Source: Octopus sinensis (Eukaryota). From it: 64,000 nt of DNA. The stretch is taken from NCBI RefSeq assembly GCF_006345805.1, contig NC_043024.1, forward strand, positions 12,586,001 to 12,650,000, written 5' to 3'. Positions within the stretch are counted from its first letter, which is position 1; every line of letters begins with the position of its first letter. Below the pieces are notes generated by a model. That model had not been told where the DNA came from, made no database searches, and was given only the letters and a program-made list of their open reading frames with translations. This document shows, piece by piece, positions 61,626-64,000 of the stretch. The position numbers and the translations under genes are program-made.

Positions 61626-61626
<1 letters not shown>
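61520..61626 (-). mobile_element. Family Y element 5'-truncated inside its hammerhead, flanked by (TA)n on both sides
   Basis: Homologous to 62410-62520; retains GGCUC GAAA CG UA AAAG. Confidence 0.75.
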
Positions 61627-61657
<31 letters not shown>

Positions 61658-61684
61658 GTGTGTGTGTGTGTGTGTGTATGTATA

Positions 61685-61905
61685 TTCTTTTATTCTTTTA
61701 TTTGTTTCAGCCATTTGACTGCGCCCATGCTGGAGCGCCGCTATTAGCCGAACAAATCGACCCCAGAACTTATTCTTTGTAAGCCTAGTACTTATTCTAT
61801 CGGTCTCTTTATCCGAACCGCTAAGTTACGAGCACGTAGACACACAAATGTCTGTTGTCAAGCGATGGTGGGAAGAGAAGAACAGACACACAAACATATA
61901 TATAT

Positions 61906-61943
<38 letters not shown>

Positions 61944-62146
61944 AGACGGGCTTCTTTCACTTTCCGTCTACTAAATCCACTCGCAAGGTTTTGATTGGCC
62001 GGTGGCTATAGCAGAAGGCACTTACCCAAGGTGCGAAGCAATGGGACTGAACCCAGGACCATGGATGCAAGCTACTTACGTGGATGTAAATAGCTTGCAT
62101 CCATGTGGTTGGGATGCAAGCTACTCACCATACAGCCACTCCTGTC
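61685..62146 (-). mobile_element. SINE family A, full length, with a palindromic insertion in the head
   Basis: Family A match; extra fold-back segment at 62060-62105. Confidence 0.9.
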
Positions 62147-62199
62147 TTGATTTCTCTCTCACAGCGCAGCATCCTTTATTCCAGTACACAAACTCACAG

Positions 62200-62237
<38 letters not shown>

Positions 62238-62349
62238 CACATAAAAAAGTGAGATGTATGAGGTGAATATATTTATTTCATTGGTAGCCGCGTCCACCAG
62301 AGTTGCTTTCTGTAAATGTCTCAGAATTCTATCAATCGAGATCGCTAGC

Positions 62350-62520
62350 CACTAAACCTTTCTTCATTTTCTCTCCCTGTTTATTTCTGTGTTCCTTTCT
62401 GTTGCAGAGCATAGGCTCGAAACGTAAAAGACTTTCTCACTTCCCGAGCATTAAACTAATATAACTATTTGTTGTTTACACATCCGTCTTCGTCTTTTGT
62501 ATTTTTGGTAAATTCTCACT
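62350..62520 (+). mobile_element. Family Y Penelope-like short element with a variant hammerhead (62395-62430)
   Basis: CUUU CUGUUGC A GAGC-AUAG-GCUC GAAA CG UA AAAG. Confidence 0.7.
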
Positions 62521-62536
62521 ATATATATATATATAT

Positions 62537-62735
62537 GGTTAATCCAAACAAGAAAGCACAAAAATACACAACAACGCGAGGACGTGGAACAAATATAGTA
62601 TTATTGGACGCTCAGGAAAGAAGGAGGGTTTAACGTTTCGAGCGGAGCTCTTCGTCGGAAACATAGGAGAAGGATAGATCCAGAGAAGGGAAAACAGAGG
62701 AAAAAAAATTGCCAACGATACACACGCGGTCACAT
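62537..62735 (-). mobile_element. Family X Penelope-like short element, apparently complete, (TA)n on both sides
   Basis: Contains the HHR variant at 62628-62662. Confidence 0.8.
62628..62662 (-). ncRNA. Minimal hammerhead variant (core CCGACGA)
   Basis: GUUU CCGACGA A GAGC-UCC-GCUC GAAA CG UU AAAC; all stems pair. Confidence 0.65.
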
Positions 62736-63753
62736 ACGTATATATATATATATTGTATGTGTTTATGCGCACTGAATCACTTCGCTTGTGAATCAGAATA
62801 TCAAATTGGAATTGTAATAAAGATGTTATGCGATTAAGAATGTGAGTTCATCGTCAACAAATTCGAGGGTAATAACCAATGACTAATAAATATTTGGTTT
62901 TAAATACAGCAAATAAAACCTCGTAATATTAAGTTTCTTTACTGTAACATCGTATAAACAATACTACTGAGGAATAAAGTGTCAAAATAGATTATGTCTA
63001 TTAGACAAATATATCATGGTAAAATGATAAAATATTAAAGGATAAAAACTTGAAATACTTTTCCAGTTTTGCCAGTTCTCATATTTGTCCAATACGTAGA
63101 TGAGAACAATTCAGCCAAGATCTAAATGAACAAAGCAAACCAATTCATTCATCAACATTGTCGCTGGCTGCAATTTGATTTCTCACTTTCTCTACCCAAA
63201 TAAGTGTGTGTAAGGTAAGTTGCAATTAACACAGTTTACTTTATGAAACCCGTGATAATTGACAAAATTGTGACACCAGTTAATGAAACGCTTCCCAGCT
63301 GTGACTGTTTCCTTTTGCTTTTAGGTTCAAGGAAAACATACACCAAGGCACAGTGTTGCATCTCAAATTGGGTTTCTGATTCGCTGTCAATACTTAACAT
63401 TTAAATGGCGCTGGTTGTAGGAGATTTAGCTGATGGGTCTCTCTCTCTCTCTCCCTTTCTCTCTCTCTTTCTCTCCTTCTTCATCGTGGAATGAACTATA
63501 TTTTCTACCTGACAGATTCTAACTGTCAATTGTATTTTATATTTTCAAGAGTGCATCTTGGGTCAATAGAAATCAATATAAAAAAACTCCCCAAAATCAT
63601 GATGAAAAAATCTTGGAAGATGAAAATGAAAATTAATATTTAAATGATTGACACATTCTGTCTGTTAAATAAACACTTTTCTTAGCTATTTATTCATCGG
63701 CGAGTTTTGGAGTATAATAAATATAATCGCCATACATACATACATACATACAT

Positions 63754-63792
<39 letters not shown>

Positions 63793-63959
63793 TACATACA
63801 CACAAACACACGGACACATACGCCTACACACACAAGCACACATACGCACATACACGTATGCCTTTATGCGTGCATAATGTTTTAAGAGCTATTGAATACA
63901 CATCTATATACACACGATGTATATGCAATGATTTAATATCAACACAAACACACACAGAC

Positions 63960-63990
<31 letters not shown>

Positions 63991-64000
63991 TGTATGTATG

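Noticed and set aside
260-62772. Most ORFs in the supplied track (poly-HT/YI/CV/MYVC and poly-L/T/M/V/S), including the 251-, 282- and 327-aa ones
   Set aside because: They are translations of (CA), (TA), (TG), (CATA) and trinucleotide microsatellites, which lack stops in some frames.

Overview
AT-rich, microsatellite-saturated eukaryotic DNA. The SINE families and simple-repeat load point to a coleoid cephalopod (Octopus-like); this is an inference from repeat recognition, with no database search. Nearly all ORFs in the supplied track are microsatellite artefacts. Supportable content: (1) dozens of tRNA-derived SINE copies from at least four modular families; (2) fragments of three restriction-like-endonuclease (REL) LINE lineages, each ending in a different microsatellite; (3) an internally deleted DD34D mariner, a complete-looking 513-bp non-autonomous Helitron, and MITE/foldback elements; (4) about ten minimal type-I hammerhead ribozyme (HHR) motifs in short Penelope-like elements, mostly next to (TA)n tracts. 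One has an intact core; several have variant cores with covarying stems and a palindromic helix III suited to dimeric cleavage; (5) a candidate spliced + strand gene missed by the ORF track (exons 15817-15912, 16149-16270 and about 16411/16446-16604) encoding an unrecognised transmembrane protein; (6) a candidate recursive splice site on the - strand at 30628/30627 with a 67-nt exon closed in all three frames. No rRNA, true tRNA gene, CRISPR array or recognisable named protein-coding gene was found.
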